Shown here: one piece after another, positions 20,742-31,000 of the stretch
How the letters are laid out: each line of letters begins with the position of its first letter
Position numbering within the stretch: the stretch's first letter is position 1
IMG/VR virus record: IMGVR_UViG_2510065010_000001
Coordinates: 1-64,000 of that record
Source of the DNA: a virus
Lineage: Duplodnaviria; Caudoviricetes
Direction: 5' to 3' (one strand)
Length of the DNA stretch: 64,000 nt
Program-made: the position numbers and the translations under genes
Notes under the pieces: generated by a model
Seen by the model: only the letters and a program-made list of their open reading frames with translations
Databases searched by the model: none
What the model was told of the DNA's origin: nothing

Positions 20742-21122
20742 TTAGAACTCGTCCTCTTCAGACTTATGTAAAACCTTCATGTCATACAGGTGACCAGAGA
20801 GGATCGCTATAACGAGATTATTAACGGATTCTCGGAATCTAACAATCTCTGCTGCGTCCTCAAAAATTTCTTTTACTTCTTCCAGTTTTAGACCTGTTTC
20901 ACGAACAACGGTTGAAAACAGGAGCGGCACCCCGTCTAGTAATTCCAGTAAGTTTTTTAGGGCAATGTAAGATTGGTAATCTGCTTCAGACCTCTCATTA
21001 ATTGCGATATGAAAATCTTTTTGACGACGCTCATCTTGAAATGCTGGGATTAGTTCTGTAACTGATTTAGTCTTTTGCATTGTGGTGATAGATATAAACT
21101 TTAAGACTTTATTAGCCACCAT
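20742..21122 (-). CDS. Hypothetical protein
   Basis: 126-aa ORF; its start lies in a 12-bp-arm palindrome at 21114-21138. Confidence 0.55.
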   Translation of the reverse strand: MVANKVLKFISITTMQKTKSVTELIPAFQDERRQKDFHIAINERSEADYQSYIALKNLLELLDGVPLLFSTVVRETGLKLEEVKEIFEDAAEIVRFRESVNNLVIAILSGHLYDMKVLHKSEEDEF

Positions 21123-21145
21123 TAAGTTAATGGTGGCTTAAGCAT

Positions 21146-23629
21146 CTAGTTAATTCCAGTTATGGAATATCCACTATCTGCGAGGATAGCAAAGTCAATG
21201 GCAGAAGGTTCAGATAAGAACCAAGTCCAGCCATAACTCATGATCGACTGAACAGTGTTGTTAGGATGCCAGTAATCATAGGTTCCCGTAACAACATTCG
21301 GACCGTCTTGGGACTGTAAGGGGACGGGTGCATTTCCATTAGCTGCTTGTGCATATGTTCCGTTGAACGTAGCTTGTTGTGGTGGAAATAACGTTTGATT
21401 TACGTGCCCTTCCCAATTTAAGCCTATCAATCCGAGAGCATGTCCTATTTCGTGCAAAACAGCATTGTACAAAAATTGGTTGCCTACGGACGAAGCAATT
21501 GCAATTTGTCCTACTCTTGGTTTGATACTAGGCGAATATGCCCAGCCACCTATAGAATAGGTTATTTTACCATAACCACCTGCAGTGGTTGTATTGATGG
21601 TGTCTACAAAGATAACCAGGTCATCGACATACCTTTTGGTATTGAAACCTATGTTTGAATAGTCACCAGAGTCGTTAATTCGGAACAAAGTGTTGTTAAG
21701 TGTCAACCCGCTCCATTCATTTGCAATTCTATCAGCCCATGTATCAGCTGCACTTTGTGCAATGGCACGTCGGGTCGAATTCCAAAATCCAGTGGTATCA
21801 TTTCTAAAGTCTAGCTCTATATTGAAATCAGTCAGGTTAGGCGAGTAAGTGTTGGTGACAGTTCCAATACTGTAAGAACCGCTATCACCAGAGCCACCTA
21901 AAGACCCGTAGTTAATAACATTTCCAGAAGAACGGTTTGTTGAAACACCGTCTACTTCAGCTAAAAACCATATGGTTTTCGGCTGATTCCAATTACTTGT
22001 AGTAAACGTAAGTCTATCTTGAGTGCCGTTTTGAAGATCGTTATCTGTATCTACTACTAGAAAGTTACCACCAACAAAAATAGTGTTTACATTCGAACTA
22101 GGAGCTGATGACAATGTTACTTGTACTGTACCCGTTGACCCTTCATTACCATTAAAAGATAAGTTGGAGAAAACGACTTGTGGTTGACTTGCACTTACTG
22201 TTTTAACTTCAAGAGTCCCATCTCCTGAAACCTGGTCTACTCTAAATACATCTACAAAAGCTTGAGCATTTGGTCCAGGTACGTTAAAACTAAACTGCTG
22301 TGTCAGTGTAGAGGAAGTTGCTGTTAAATCATATGCAGTTAATAACGTTTCGTTATTACTTGAGTCAATAGATTTAACCTCGATCCTGAAAGTATCATCG
22401 GCATCAATATCTACGAACTTAACTTCAACAGTTTTATTAAGGTTACCTGACCCGTCTTTCTCAAAAGTAAACCGACGGATGGCGGTATCGTATCCTGCTA
22501 ACGGTTGCGTAACCGTACTCGTGTTATTCACAAAGTAATTTGGTTGTTCTCTCACACCCTTGAATGTCCAGCTATTAGCTGCAACCTGTGGGTAGGTGCC
22601 AACGTAAGAGATGGTACTTGGATTTGTCATTATCCAACTACCAACAACTCCCAGTGAGTAGCTATACCAAAGAAGGTCTGGTCTGCTTGTACCACCGTAG
22701 TTACCTACTCCAGCTAAAGTCCACCCAAAGAAATTACTAATAGGAAAAGAGTTAGAACTTACTTGAGATGTACCTTCCATTTCCCACCAACCCCCGACAG
22801 CGTTAGTGGCGTCTACCCAAAAGATGTCTGGGTCACCATCCCCGTCAAAGTCTGCAACAGATTGAATATCCCAGTTGGTTGTTGCCGAAGGTAATCCAAC
22901 AATGCTTGCGATTGTTGTTCCACCATCTTCCATCAGCCAAACTCCATTATCCCCCGTTGAGATGTCACGCCAAACAATATCGTTTTGCCCATCACCGTCA
23001 AAGTCGGCAATACCACGCACACTCCAAGGTGGTGAGACAGTATTTGACAAAATGGCAGTATTTTTCAGAGTGTTTCCACGCATATACCAAATGCCTAAAA
23101 CGCCGTTTGAAACGTTCTGTAAAAAGACATCTCCTTCTCCATCCATGTCCAGGTCACCAGGTAATGCGTAGGCGTCAGGTGTTAGTGACTGACCAAACCC
23201 ATACCGTAGAATCTTTTTATCAACTGGACTGATTTGCCAGCTAAAAAAACCGGAGCTGTTATCACGTACTACCAAGTTTGGCATTACCTCTTCTAAGGCG
23301 GTTGTCACAGTTAGTCGATAATTTACCGTCCCTGAAGTCGCATTAGCGACTTTGATGTAATAAATGCCGGGGTCTAAATTACGAGCAACTTGATCGTTAG
23401 TTGTTCCGGTATTGTTACTGTCTAAGACAGGTGACAGAGCATTTCCATCAAAATCAAGTACGCTAAGGTTCGCATTTGCGTCTAGATTTGACAGAAGAAT
23501 AGTTAAATCTCCCCGTCGAGGGAGTTGGATTTTATAGTAATCTTCTTGGTTGGTTGTAGACACGGATTGATCTACAACATAGGGTGCATAAAGTGCTGGT
23601 GCATTTGTGTAAGGTGAAGGTGCAGGCAT
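21146..23629 (-). CDS. PPC + FG-GAP repeats + Ig/Calx-like domain + zinc metallopeptidase
   Basis: PPC motif; ADFDGDGQNDIVWR repeats; LTFTTSNWNQP; VLHEIGHALG; SIM Met-turn. Confidence 0.85.
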   Translation of the reverse strand: MPAPSPYTNAPALYAPYVVDQSVSTTNQEDYYKIQLPRRGDLTILLSNLDANANLSVLDFDGNALSPVLDSNNTGTTNDQVARNLDPGIYYIKVANATSGTVNYRLTVTTALEEVMPNLVVRDNSSGFFSWQISPVDKKILRYGFGQSLTPDAYALPGDLDMDGEGDVFLQNVSNGVLGIWYMRGNTLKNTAILSNTVSPPWSVRGIADFDGDGQNDIVWRDISTGDNGVWLMEDGGTTIASIVGLPSATTNWDIQSVADFDGDGDPDIFWVDATNAVGGWWEMEGTSQVSSNSFPISNFFGWTLAGVGNYGGTSRPDLLWYSYSLGVVGSWIMTNPSTISYVGTYPQVAANSWTFKGVREQPNYFVNNTSTVTQPLAGYDTAIRRFTFEKDGSGNLNKTVEVKFVDIDADDTFRIEVKSIDSSNNETLLTAYDLTATSSTLTQQFSFNVPGPNAQAFVDVFRVDQVSGDGTLEVKTVSASQPQVVFSNLSFNGNEGSTGTVQVTLSSAPSSNVNTIFVGGNFLVVDTDNDLQNGTQDRLTFTTSNWNQPKTIWFLAEVDGVSTNRSSGNVINYGSLGGSGDSGSYSIGTVTNTYSPNLTDFNIELDFRNDTTGFWNSTRRAIAQSAADTWADRIANEWSGLTLNNTLFRINDSGDYSNIGFNTKRYVDDLVIFVDTINTTTAGGYGKITYSIGGWAYSPSIKPRVGQIAIASSVGNQFLYNAVLHEIGHALGLIGLNWEGHVNQTLFPPQQATFNGTYAQAANGNAPVPLQSQDGPNVVTGTYDYWHPNNTVQSIMSYGWTWFLSEPSAIDFAILADSGYSITGIN

Positions 23630-23678
23630 AGAGTGTTTGTCAAAAAGAACACCCTATGCTTGCAGAAAGTTTCATTTA

Positions 23679-24071
23679 TTATGTGCGCAATAGTGGTTCA
23701 GCCGTAGTTTGCGCTGCCGTAGGGTAGAAGACTGCTGGTGAGAGAACAAAATAACCAGCTAAAATTTTCGCTTCATTGTAATTTATTGAGCGATCGCCAC
23801 TGAGAATTTTGTTTCCATCTCGTATATTTAGTAGTCTGTTTAAGTCTTCTACCTGTAACACCTCTTCTTTGAGCAGTTTTCCTAGAAGTACATGCGGTTG
23901 AAGATTCTGCTCAGCTAAATTACAGTTCTCGAACTGTTCAAGAAGCTCTTTGACTTCTTTCTTTACTTGACTGGTGGAAGTTGACCGACCTTGAAGCTTC
24001 AGAGCTTGATATTGAAGTGAGTTTATTAACGTCTGTAATCTTTGATGGTAAGGTAACATCGATAGTTCCAT
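23679..24071 (-). CDS. HigA-like / XRE HTH protein
   Basis: PHVLL..LL...ILSGDRSI....AKILAGYF.LSPAVF resembles a HigA C-terminus. Confidence 0.65.
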   Translation of the reverse strand: MELSMLPYHQRLQTLINSLQYQALKLQGRSTSTSQVKKEVKELLEQFENCNLAEQNLQPHVLLGKLLKEEVLQVEDLNRLLNIRDGNKILSGDRSINYNEAKILAGYFVLSPAVFYPTAAQTTAEPLLRT

Positions 24072-24408
24072 CCTCTATATATTGTTTTGCATTTTGCTGA
24101 AGTAGGCGTTTGTAGTTAGTGTTGAGGTCTAACCAATTACGACCTTTTTGCGTAATTGCATAAGGGCACCTACGCTCTATACCTTTGTGAGTTAATTTTT
24201 CTGTAAGACCTTTTTTAGCTAGGTTGAACAAGGCTTTAGCAATAGCATTTGGCGTGTATTCCCAAACACTACCTTGCTGTGCAGCCACTTTATGCAAGTA
24301 ATGGTGCAGCACTATAGGCTGAAAGCTTTGATTTTTCAATGCGATTAGACATATCTCTTCCAGTCTAGAAACACTACTAAGCGGAGTTGCGAGGTTTATA
24401 GCTTTCAT
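23938..24408 (-). CDS. PadR-like winged-helix protein
   Basis: ALFNLAKKGL...RRCPYAITQKGR. Confidence 0.65.
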   Translation of the reverse strand: MKAINLATPLSSVSRLEEICLIALKNQSFQPIVLHHYLHKVAAQQGSVWEYTPNAIAKALFNLAKKGLTEKLTHKGIERRCPYAITQKGRNWLDLNTNYKRLLQQNAKQYIEDGTIDVTLPSKITDVNKLTSISSSEASRSVNFHQSSKERSQRAS

Positions 24409-24470
24409 AAAAATATGATTAAATCGAGTACAAGGGTTTTATCTATCGAAAATAGCGCCTCGTGCGCGCC

Positions 24471-24632
24471 TTAGGAAAGTTCCTGTTCAATACACAAGAA
24501 AATAAAAAGAAAGGCTAACGTTACGTATACTGCACAAAGTATGGCGGTAACTTTGTCCAGGGTTATCCCAGCAACTACTCCTAAGAAGATAGCTCCGATT
24601 AAACACCCAACGCAAGCTTCACGGTATTTCAT
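24471..24632 (-). CDS. 53-aa two-TM protein (holin-like size), not in the ORF track
   Basis: Manual translation MKYREACVGCLIGAIFLGVVAGITLDKVTAILCAVYVTLAFLFIFLCIEQELS; downstream of the C39 gene. Confidence 0.45.
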   Translation of the reverse strand: MKYREACVGCLIGAIFLGVVAGITLDKVTAILCAVYVTLAFLFIFLCIEQELS

Positions 24633-24807
24633 TATTTTAAAGCCGAAACTATTAATGGAGCTGCTACTACACAGCTTAAGACGCTTAGAAAAGTAGCAGG
24701 CAGGAGAAAAATAGGATTGTCGTAATTATTAAAAATAACAAGCAGTGCTTGCCCTGAAAAAAGAGCAAACACTGCTGTAAGGAACAAACAAACCCTAGTT
24801 AGCAACT

Positions 24808-25578
24808 TCACAATGAAGTTTTTCCATCGACACTCTGTACAAGCCTACCCCATCCAGTGTGTGTACCGTCAACCTGCCAGCGGCGATCTAAAGAGGGATA
24901 AAACGGTATTTCAATTGAACGTCCATTATGACTGGCATAGCTAAAAGCTACACCCCACGGATCGTTTGCAATGAACACCTGTTTATCTTCATCTACACCT
25001 GTTATTAACAGCACATGCCCACCACCAGTAGGAGCGTGTACAGGTCCGTGGTGTAATACACCAATCACAACCGGAAACCCACGCTTTAGTGAGTTAATAA
25101 GGTCGTCGAATCCCAGATTTTGGAAGTATCTAGAAACAATTCCAAATTTTGCAAGTGCTGCGGTATGAACACCCCAGTCGGTACTGTCACCAACTGGTTT
25201 CACAAATCTTTGAAAGTAATCATCATCTCCAGCGATCGCTTGTGGTTTTAAGTACTTTAGCAACATAGCGTGGCTACTAGTTGAGCATGTTCTCCACCAC
25301 TGTTCTTGGTTATCTCTTTGAGAGAAATAAGGAACTTTTAGTTCGATCTTGACTTTTTCTCCTGGACAATCAACATGTTCATCAAAGGCTAACCAAGTCT
25401 GGTAGCCTCCTATTGGCTCCTTAAAAGTAATAGAGCGGTGTTGGGCAACATCCGCACTATGCTTTGTGATTTCGAGTTCTGTACCTGATTTAATAAAATG
25501 CTTGTGGTTTTCTGCTAGACGTGCAGCAGGTAAGACATCTTGTTTAAGGAAAGTATCATGAGTAAACTTGGCTTTCAT
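24808..25578 (-). CDS. C39-like peptidase (cyanobacterial/phage type)
   Basis: LKVPYFSQRDN..TCSTSS, GGHVL and NDPWG. Confidence 0.85.
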   Translation of the reverse strand: MKAKFTHDTFLKQDVLPAARLAENHKHFIKSGTELEITKHSADVAQHRSITFKEPIGGYQTWLAFDEHVDCPGEKVKIELKVPYFSQRDNQEQWWRTCSTSSHAMLLKYLKPQAIAGDDDYFQRFVKPVGDSTDWGVHTAALAKFGIVSRYFQNLGFDDLINSLKRGFPVVIGVLHHGPVHAPTGGGHVLLITGVDEDKQVFIANDPWGVAFSYASHNGRSIEIPFYPSLDRRWQVDGTHTGWGRLVQSVDGKTSL

Positions 25579-25642
25579 ATTTTTATTTTTTAACTCTTAC
25601 GCCATTCTTACTTAGTAATCTATACTATGCCAAGAGTTATTA

Positions 25643-25888
25643 TTAAGCACATTCGTCAAATCCAAAGCTTTTTAGATCGTTTAGTTGCTGCTGCTTAATG
25701 ATGTGTCGAGGTCCGTATAATTTGTCGATGCTAATCGTACCGTCTAGACATTTGGACAAGCTCAAGACACATGCAGTGTAAAAGATGTTGGGTGGTATCA
25801 AGATTTTCTGCTTGCGAGATTCGACAACATGAGCGATCGCAGCCTGGATGTCAGTTGATGCAAAGTAGCAGATGCCATAATCACGCAT
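25643..25888 (-). CDS. Hypothetical protein
   Basis: 81-aa ORF containing a HIP1 site. Confidence 0.45.
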   Translation of the reverse strand: MRDYGICYFASTDIQAAIAHVVESRKQKILIPPNIFYTACVLSLSKCLDGTISIDKLYGPRHIIKQQQLNDLKSFGFDECA

Positions 25889-25938
25889 TCCCTATCCTCT
25901 GTTGGTTTTCACTTTGAGTACTCACAAGAAAAAAAATA

Positions 25939-25963
25939 GCTGCTGCTAAGAACCAGCAGCAGC
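25939..25963 (-). terminator. Rho-independent terminator
   Basis: GCTGCTGCT/AGCAGCAGC stem followed by a T-run on the minus strand. Confidence 0.65.
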
Positions 25964-25977
25964 CATCCCTAAAATTG

Positions 25978-26496
25978 TCAGTCTGCAACTACTCGAACAT
26001 CTTTTGAAGAAAACTCACGTTGCCGACCAATAAAATAGTTACCCGGTTGTAATCGGATCGAATTGTGTTCCCCAGTCAAGGAATTATTTTTTGTGTGAGC
26101 AATAATAACTGGACGTTCTACCACTAGAAATCCAATCATCAAATTAGGATCGTCAACAACTTTCGTAGCTGCTGCTTCATCTAAATAGAACTTAGCTGCT
26201 GGTGCCGCTTCTAGTGTGTAAAGAGCTTCTAAACTTCGTCGGTCTGATAGTGTACTATCTGCATAGACTGCGTGTACATGACCAGAAGATTCTCCTTCTA
26301 GTAAGGAAATTTTGTTCTGCTTTAGGGAAACCTCTTGAGTTTGGTCAATTTTGAATGATTTCTGGAGTGGGTATATCATCAGGTCACCCTGAAAAGCAAT
26401 TCCTGATTTTGGGTTGTAGTCAACAATCATGTTCTGACTCCTTCTTTGTAACTGTCTGTAGATAAACCATACGACCAGGCTACTCCTGCAGAACAA
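25978..26496 (-). CDS. Partner of the DUF6745-like protein (true start probably MIVDY near 26430)
   Basis: FQGD, GESSGHVH, EH..I.L.PG.Y...RQREF....RVVAD. Confidence 0.8.
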   Translation of the reverse strand: MFCRSSLVVWFIYRQLQRRSQNMIVDYNPKSGIAFQGDLMIYPLQKSFKIDQTQEVSLKQNKISLLEGESSGHVHAVYADSTLSDRRSLEALYTLEAAPAAKFYLDEAAATKVVDDPNLMIGFLVVERPVIIAHTKNNSLTGEHNSIRLQPGNYFIGRQREFSSKDVRVVAD

Positions 26497-27953
26497 GTAT
26501 TAATTTCTGTGGGTACGCCTAGTAAAAAACGTCTTCTAGAACCATTTTCAACAGTTCCGTTGAAAACTTCTAAAAGTCTGACTTCCTCGTTATTTAACTT
26601 TATTGACAGTAGTCTTCTAGGCAATTCTAGCGACGTATCTGAGTCAATTACAACAGGGTCAAAAAGCTCTAGCGTTTTGTCCCAGCCAATAATTTCGCAC
26701 ATTGACCTACGAATCTCAACGTTTGTTTCAGCAAGAATTTTTTCTTTGGTTATTAAATTCTTGTGCTCAATCGTCCAAGCAGGAACTCGAACTCCATGCC
26801 AACTGTATAGTTTTGAACCATCAGCCCATTCACAAAATGGACCTTCAGAATTATGTGGACGGTTCTGATTATCTACAGTTAACTTGATTGGAAAATCGGA
26901 TACTATGCAAAATTTTTCGTGGACGAATCTAATTGCTCCATACATACAAGCTTTCTCGTATGGGTCCCACACATCCCAATTTATAGGTAGTTTAGCCACA
27001 TATCGAAAGAACGTGTAATAAGAGACTATTGAACTTTGTTCTTTCCCAAACTGTAAGAATTTATAAGCGTTTTCAGCACACTTTAGCCCATATTTACCAA
27101 TCCCTAATTTTTTCGATATTGGTTTTGGGTCAAAAGATACATACCATTTGTCTAAATTTTTAGATTGATTAGTATTTTCAATGGTAGTTCCCTTCCTTGT
27201 TGCATCCCAAGTTGCATCACAAGTTGCATCTTCAGTTGCATCCCAAGTTGCCTCCCAAGTTGCCTCCTCAGTTGCATCCCAAGTTGCATCCCTAGTTGCA
27301 TCCCAAGTTACATCCCTAGTTACATTCTCAGTTGCATCCCTAGTTGCATCCCAAGTTGCTTTCTCAATTGCATCCATAGTTGCATCCCTAGTTGCATCCC
27401 AAGTTGCATTCTCAGTTGCATCCATAGTTGCATCCCAGGTTTCATCCCTAGTTGCATCCCAAGTTGCTTTCTCAATTGCATCCCAAGTTGCATCCCTAGT
27501 TGCATCCCAAGTTGCATCCCAAGTTGCTTTCTCAATTGCATCCCAAGTTGCATCCCTAGTTGCATCCCAAGTTGCATCCTCAGTTGCATCCTCAGTTGCA
27601 TCTCTAGTTGCATCCTCAGTTGCATCCCTAGTTGCACTCCTAGTTGCATCCTCCGTTGCACCCCTAGTTGCATCCTCCGTTGCATCTAAAGGTGATTTAC
27701 TTCCTTCACTATTTTTCTTTAAGTACCATATTGCTGCTGCAAAGCCTGCAGCAAACCGTGCTATAAACGGTGAAGAAACCAAAACAATGTTGGGCACTTC
27801 TAGTCCTGCAACTTCATACAATCTTTTGATTGCATCAAAAAGCAGTGGTTTTTCTTGTTCAGTTAAAGGAGTTGCACGCATGGCGTGCGCAATCCATTGG
27901 TCTTTCCACGTTTTCAGGATCTCTTTGTGTTCAGGCGTGAGTTTGTAAACCAT
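26427..27953 (-). CDS. DUF6745-like protein with tetrapeptide (xDAT) repeats
   Basis: HNSEGP...WADG..LY.WHGVRVP...N.EIRR C-terminal domain. Confidence 0.8.
   Translation of the reverse strand: MVYKLTPEHKEILKTWKDQWIAHAMRATPLTEQEKPLLFDAIKRLYEVAGLEVPNIVLVSSPFIARFAAGFAAAIWYLKKNSEGSKSPLDATEDATRGATEDATRSATRDATEDATRDATEDATEDATWDATRDATWDAIEKATWDATWDATRDATWDAIEKATWDATRDETWDATMDATENATWDATRDATMDAIEKATWDATRDATENVTRDVTWDATRDATWDATEEATWEATWDATEDATCDATWDATRKGTTIENTNQSKNLDKWYVSFDPKPISKKLGIGKYGLKCAENAYKFLQFGKEQSSIVSYYTFFRYVAKLPINWDVWDPYEKACMYGAIRFVHEKFCIVSDFPIKLTVDNQNRPHNSEGPFCEWADGSKLYSWHGVRVPAWTIEHKNLITKEKILAETNVEIRRSMCEIIGWDKTLELFDPVVIDSDTSLELPRRLLSIKLNNEEVRLLEVFNGTVENGSRRRFLLGVPTEINTCSAGVAWSYGLSTDSYKEGVRT
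27199..27686. repeat. About 40 degenerate 12-bp tandem repeats (GTTGCATCCCAA-like) inside the CDS
   Basis: Read directly from the sequence; encodes WDAT/RDAT/EDAT. Confidence 0.95.
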
Positions 27954-28082
27954 GTGTGTACCTAAATTTGGAACTATATTAATGTGACATACTCCCGACG
28001 CTGTACCGCCTAAGCGGTCAGCGCGGGCTTCTCTTCCGAGCCGAAGCTGGTTGAGCGTTTTTGAGTAAGCCGATGTCCAAGC

Positions 28083-29281
28083 CTACTTTTTGATGAGAAT
28101 TGCCGCATTGGTATCCCTGTCGAGTTCTGTACCGCAATGTGGGCAGGAATGCCATCGGTCAGACAACTCTTTTGAAACACGATTCAGGCAGTTTGAGCAA
28201 TGCTGTGAGGTTCCTTTGTGGTTAACCTTGACCACTCTCGAACCAGCTTTTTCAGCTTTAAAAGCGAGTATGTCAATGAATTGACTCCACTCTGCATCAG
28301 CAATACTCTTGTTCAGTCCAGACTTAGCCGATTGACCCTTGGGAAGAAACTTACCCGCTTCATCCTGTTTGGGCTTGGCTCGTCTGGACATATTCTTTGC
28401 GTTAAGGTCTTCAGCAAATACCACATCGGCTTTACTGAGAACCTTTTGTGCTGTTTCGCAATGAAACTGTTTGCGTTGCCGTGCAATTTTCTGATGCAGC
28501 TTAGCAACCTTGCGAACTAGCAGCTTTCGGGCACGACTCCCTTTTTTGGCAGTCGATACTTTCTGCTGCAAACGTACAAGCTTTTCTTCTGACTTTCTGA
28601 AGTGCTGAGGTATCGGCTTAAATTCCCCTTCTGAGTCAGCCAAAACTTTTCAAGTCCCAAGTCTATCCCGATAGAGTTGTCTGCCGTTGGCTTAACATCT
28701 GGGGCAAATTTTGGGACAGATACATCTTCCAGAGTTAACGTGATATACCAACCATCCGCTTTTTGGGTGATGATGGCGGTTTTGACATTGAAGCCTTCAG
28801 GCAGTGGACGATGCCAAATTACCTTGAACACCCCAAGCTTAGGTAGCTCGATTTTGTTGCCATCAATCCAGTCGATTGAGGCTTGAGGATAGGTGAATGA
28901 GCGGTAGCGGTTCTTCCCTTTAAAGCGCGGCTTTCCGCTCCGGTTGCCATTACTATCGCCATTGAGATAACGGTCAAATGCCAGTTTGACCCGCTTCACC
29001 ATATCCTGAAGCACTTGAGAGTGAATCTCTTTGTACCAGGGTCTATCCTGCTTCAGTGGAACAAGGGAGCGTTTTTGGCTGTAGTAGTCGGGTTGATCTT
29101 TCAGTTCCGGTAGATGACACAGCAACGGGCAAGCGTTGACTGGGGTACGATTTCCTTCCCACCATTGAAACCGCTCTGTCAACATCCAGTTATATTGCAA
29201 TCGCAACATATCGAGCCAGCGCGACATTTCAGCGCGTTGTTCAGAAGTTGGCAGTAGGCGGTATTGGTAGGCGATTCGCAT
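28083..29281 (-). pseudogene. tnpB: TnpB, frameshifted near 28642
   Basis: YQYRL, IGIDLG, FAEDL, Zn finger and DRDTNAA; one T missing in the TTT TTG run. Confidence 0.9.
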
Positions 29282-29586
29282 CAGCTTTTCTCCGACAATT
29301 GGCGAAATCCAGCCATAGCAATCAACTTAGCTCGATTGACCGATTCCTGTTCTTCCTCGGTTGCGGGTCTGAACTCATGCCCAGTGAATGCGCCAGCAGC
29401 GCACATATGATAGACGTGGAGGAATCCTTGAGGTTTGGCTGGATGCTTCCAATCAGGGTTGGCTTTGCAGTCTCCACTACAGGTGTAGTAGTTGCAAGGA
29501 AGAACCTTTGACTTTCTGACCGTCTGAGTCCTTCCACATCCAGGACAGGAAACAGTTACCCTCTCCGCCGTCTTGTGTTTTGCCAT
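29281..29586 (-). CDS. Cys-rich cargo protein coupled to tnpB
   Basis: CPGC and CSGDC motifs; stop overlaps the tnpB start. Confidence 0.6.
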   Translation of the reverse strand: MAKHKTAERVTVSCPGCGRTQTVRKSKVLPCNYYTCSGDCKANPDWKHPAKPQGFLHVYHMCAAGAFTGHEFRPATEEEQESVNRAKLIAMAGFRQLSEKS

Positions 29587-29601
29587 AACAATCCAGATGA
29601 T

Positions 29602-29729
29602 TTAACAGTAATAGTCTTTTAAGACTTTTTCAATCTCCTGAGAAACGCTTCGGTTTTCACGTTTTGCTGCCGCTTTGATAACTTCCAGTAAACTTTCATC
29701 CAGAGTTACAGACGTTTTTTTTTTTTCAT
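29602..29729 (-). pseudogene. Ribbon-helix-helix (CopG/Arc) gene put out of frame by an A12 tract
   Basis: ATG-A12, then TSVTLDESLLEVIKAAAKRENRSVSQEIEKVL in a shifted frame. Confidence 0.7.
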
Positions 29730-29777
29730 TTCTTATATTAGGTATAATAGCATATATGTAAGTATATCAGGAATTTT

Positions 29778-30180
29778 ATAGTCTGCGGAATTTACAAAAT
29801 CACAAATATAGCGACGGGTAAGGTTTATGTTGGGTCTAGCAAAAATATCAAACAGCGGTGGCTCAACCATCTTTCTGAACTCAGGGTTGGCAAGCATTAC
29901 AACCCAAAACTTCAGAGATCTTTTGATAAGCATGGGGAAGGTTGTTTTGTTATGGAGGTTCTTTGTGAGGTTCAGGAGTGTCAGTTAATAGAAGTAGAGC
30001 AGCAGTTTATTGACCAATACCAGTCATGGCAACTTGGGTACAACATTTCACAGGTTGCAGGCAGAAGTGGCAGAACAAGTACCTTTGGCAAAAAGTTAAA
30101 TATTCGAGTCACCGATAAAGAATGGGATAAGTTGAAAGCTTACTCAGACAAAAAAAGGGTTGAGTATGGCAGAGGTCCTT
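29778..30180 (+). pseudogene. GIY-YIG endonuclease-RHH fusion (ATA start, A7 frameshift, truncated)
   Basis: In-frame upstream of ORF 29952: CGIYKITNIATGKVYVGSS..RW..H..HYNPKLQ; C-terminal LNIRVTDKE...GLSMAEVL. Confidence 0.75.
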
Positions 30181-30246
30181 ATTTCGAAGAATTTCTAAGC
30201 TCTTGTGCAGCTGCTTCTAGTTTCTTAATTACTTCATTTATGTCTG

Positions 30247-30564
30247 TCATCTGAATAAATTGGGTTTATTATCTACAAATCGCATTGCTTCTTTTGCTGT
30301 TACACAACCTACGCAGTACCCTGTGTAGCTAAAGTCGCTGTTTGCTCCAGCATTGACGCAAAACGACCAACTGCCCTCTTTACCAAACACAGTCACAGGA
30401 ACTTTGCGGTTGTTATTAAAGGGGTTAGAGAATTTCTTTGTGAAGCTCAATAACCCAAGACTTGGGTTTCCTTCCCACTCTGTGTCTTGTTTCCAGTCTG
30501 CTATAACCTGGTCAGAAGTCATATTTGAAATCTCCAGAAACGAAGAACCCTTTGGACTCCTCAA
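30247..30564 (-). CDS. Hypothetical protein
   Basis: ORF in the small-gene run. Confidence 0.5.
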   Translation of the reverse strand: MRSPKGSSFLEISNMTSDQVIADWKQDTEWEGNPSLGLLSFTKKFSNPFNNNRKVPVTVFGKEGSWSFCVNAGANSDFSYTGYCVGCVTAKEAMRFVDNKPNLFR

Positions 30565-31000
30565 ACACTATTGGGTCCAACTTCTCTAGCAACTTTTCAA
30601 AATGTTCAGAATCAGACTTATCGGTAATAGCAGCGATCGCATCTTCAACATTTGGAGCAACTGCAAAGGCAAACCCGAACCCTAAGTCTCCGACAGATAT
30701 ATCCTTCCAGATATACAACTTAGGTGTTTCTGCGTTAGTAACTACGTAGTGCATTCCTTGCAGAAATCCTTTTGCAACTTCAAAGTCTACAGAGTGCTGC
30801 CAGATTTCAGGAACGTTGATCATTTTTGATCGTGACATCTCATGAATACATTTTTCTAGGTCATCACTTAATGCGGTGTAACGATCACCTTCAGCACTAC
30901 TCATTGCATTTAGAATACGGTCGTATTCTTCCTGAATGCTTTTATAGTCTGTTTGCGCCTTATAAATTTTTTCCCAAACGGCTTTAACATCTAACGTCAT
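30512..31000 (-). CDS. Hypothetical protein
   Basis: 162-aa ORF. Confidence 0.6.
   Translation of the reverse strand: MTLDVKAVWEKIYKAQTDYKSIQEEYDRILNAMSSAEGDRYTALSDDLEKCIHEMSRSKMINVPEIWQHSVDFEVAKGFLQGMHYVVTNAETPKLYIWKDISVGDLGFGFAFAVAPNVEDAIAAITDKSDSEHFEKLLEKLDPIVFEESKGFFVSGDFKYDF

Larger units (their letters stand above)
27984..30180 (-). mobile_element. Degenerate IS605-type element (tnpB + cargo + RHH + divergent GIY-YIG-RHH); left end lost
   Basis: Right end ...CAGCGTCGGGAGTATGTCAC on the minus strand; higher GC than flanks; left limit approximate. Confidence 0.65.

Noticed and set aside
27165-27948. Antisense and alternate-frame ORFs (255, 174 and 121 aa) as separate genes
   Set aside because: They are by-products of the stop-free 12-bp repeat; the DUF6745-like frame has conserved flanking domains.
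29733-29933. 66-aa minus-strand ORF
   Set aside because: It is antisense to the clear GIY-YIG reading frame.
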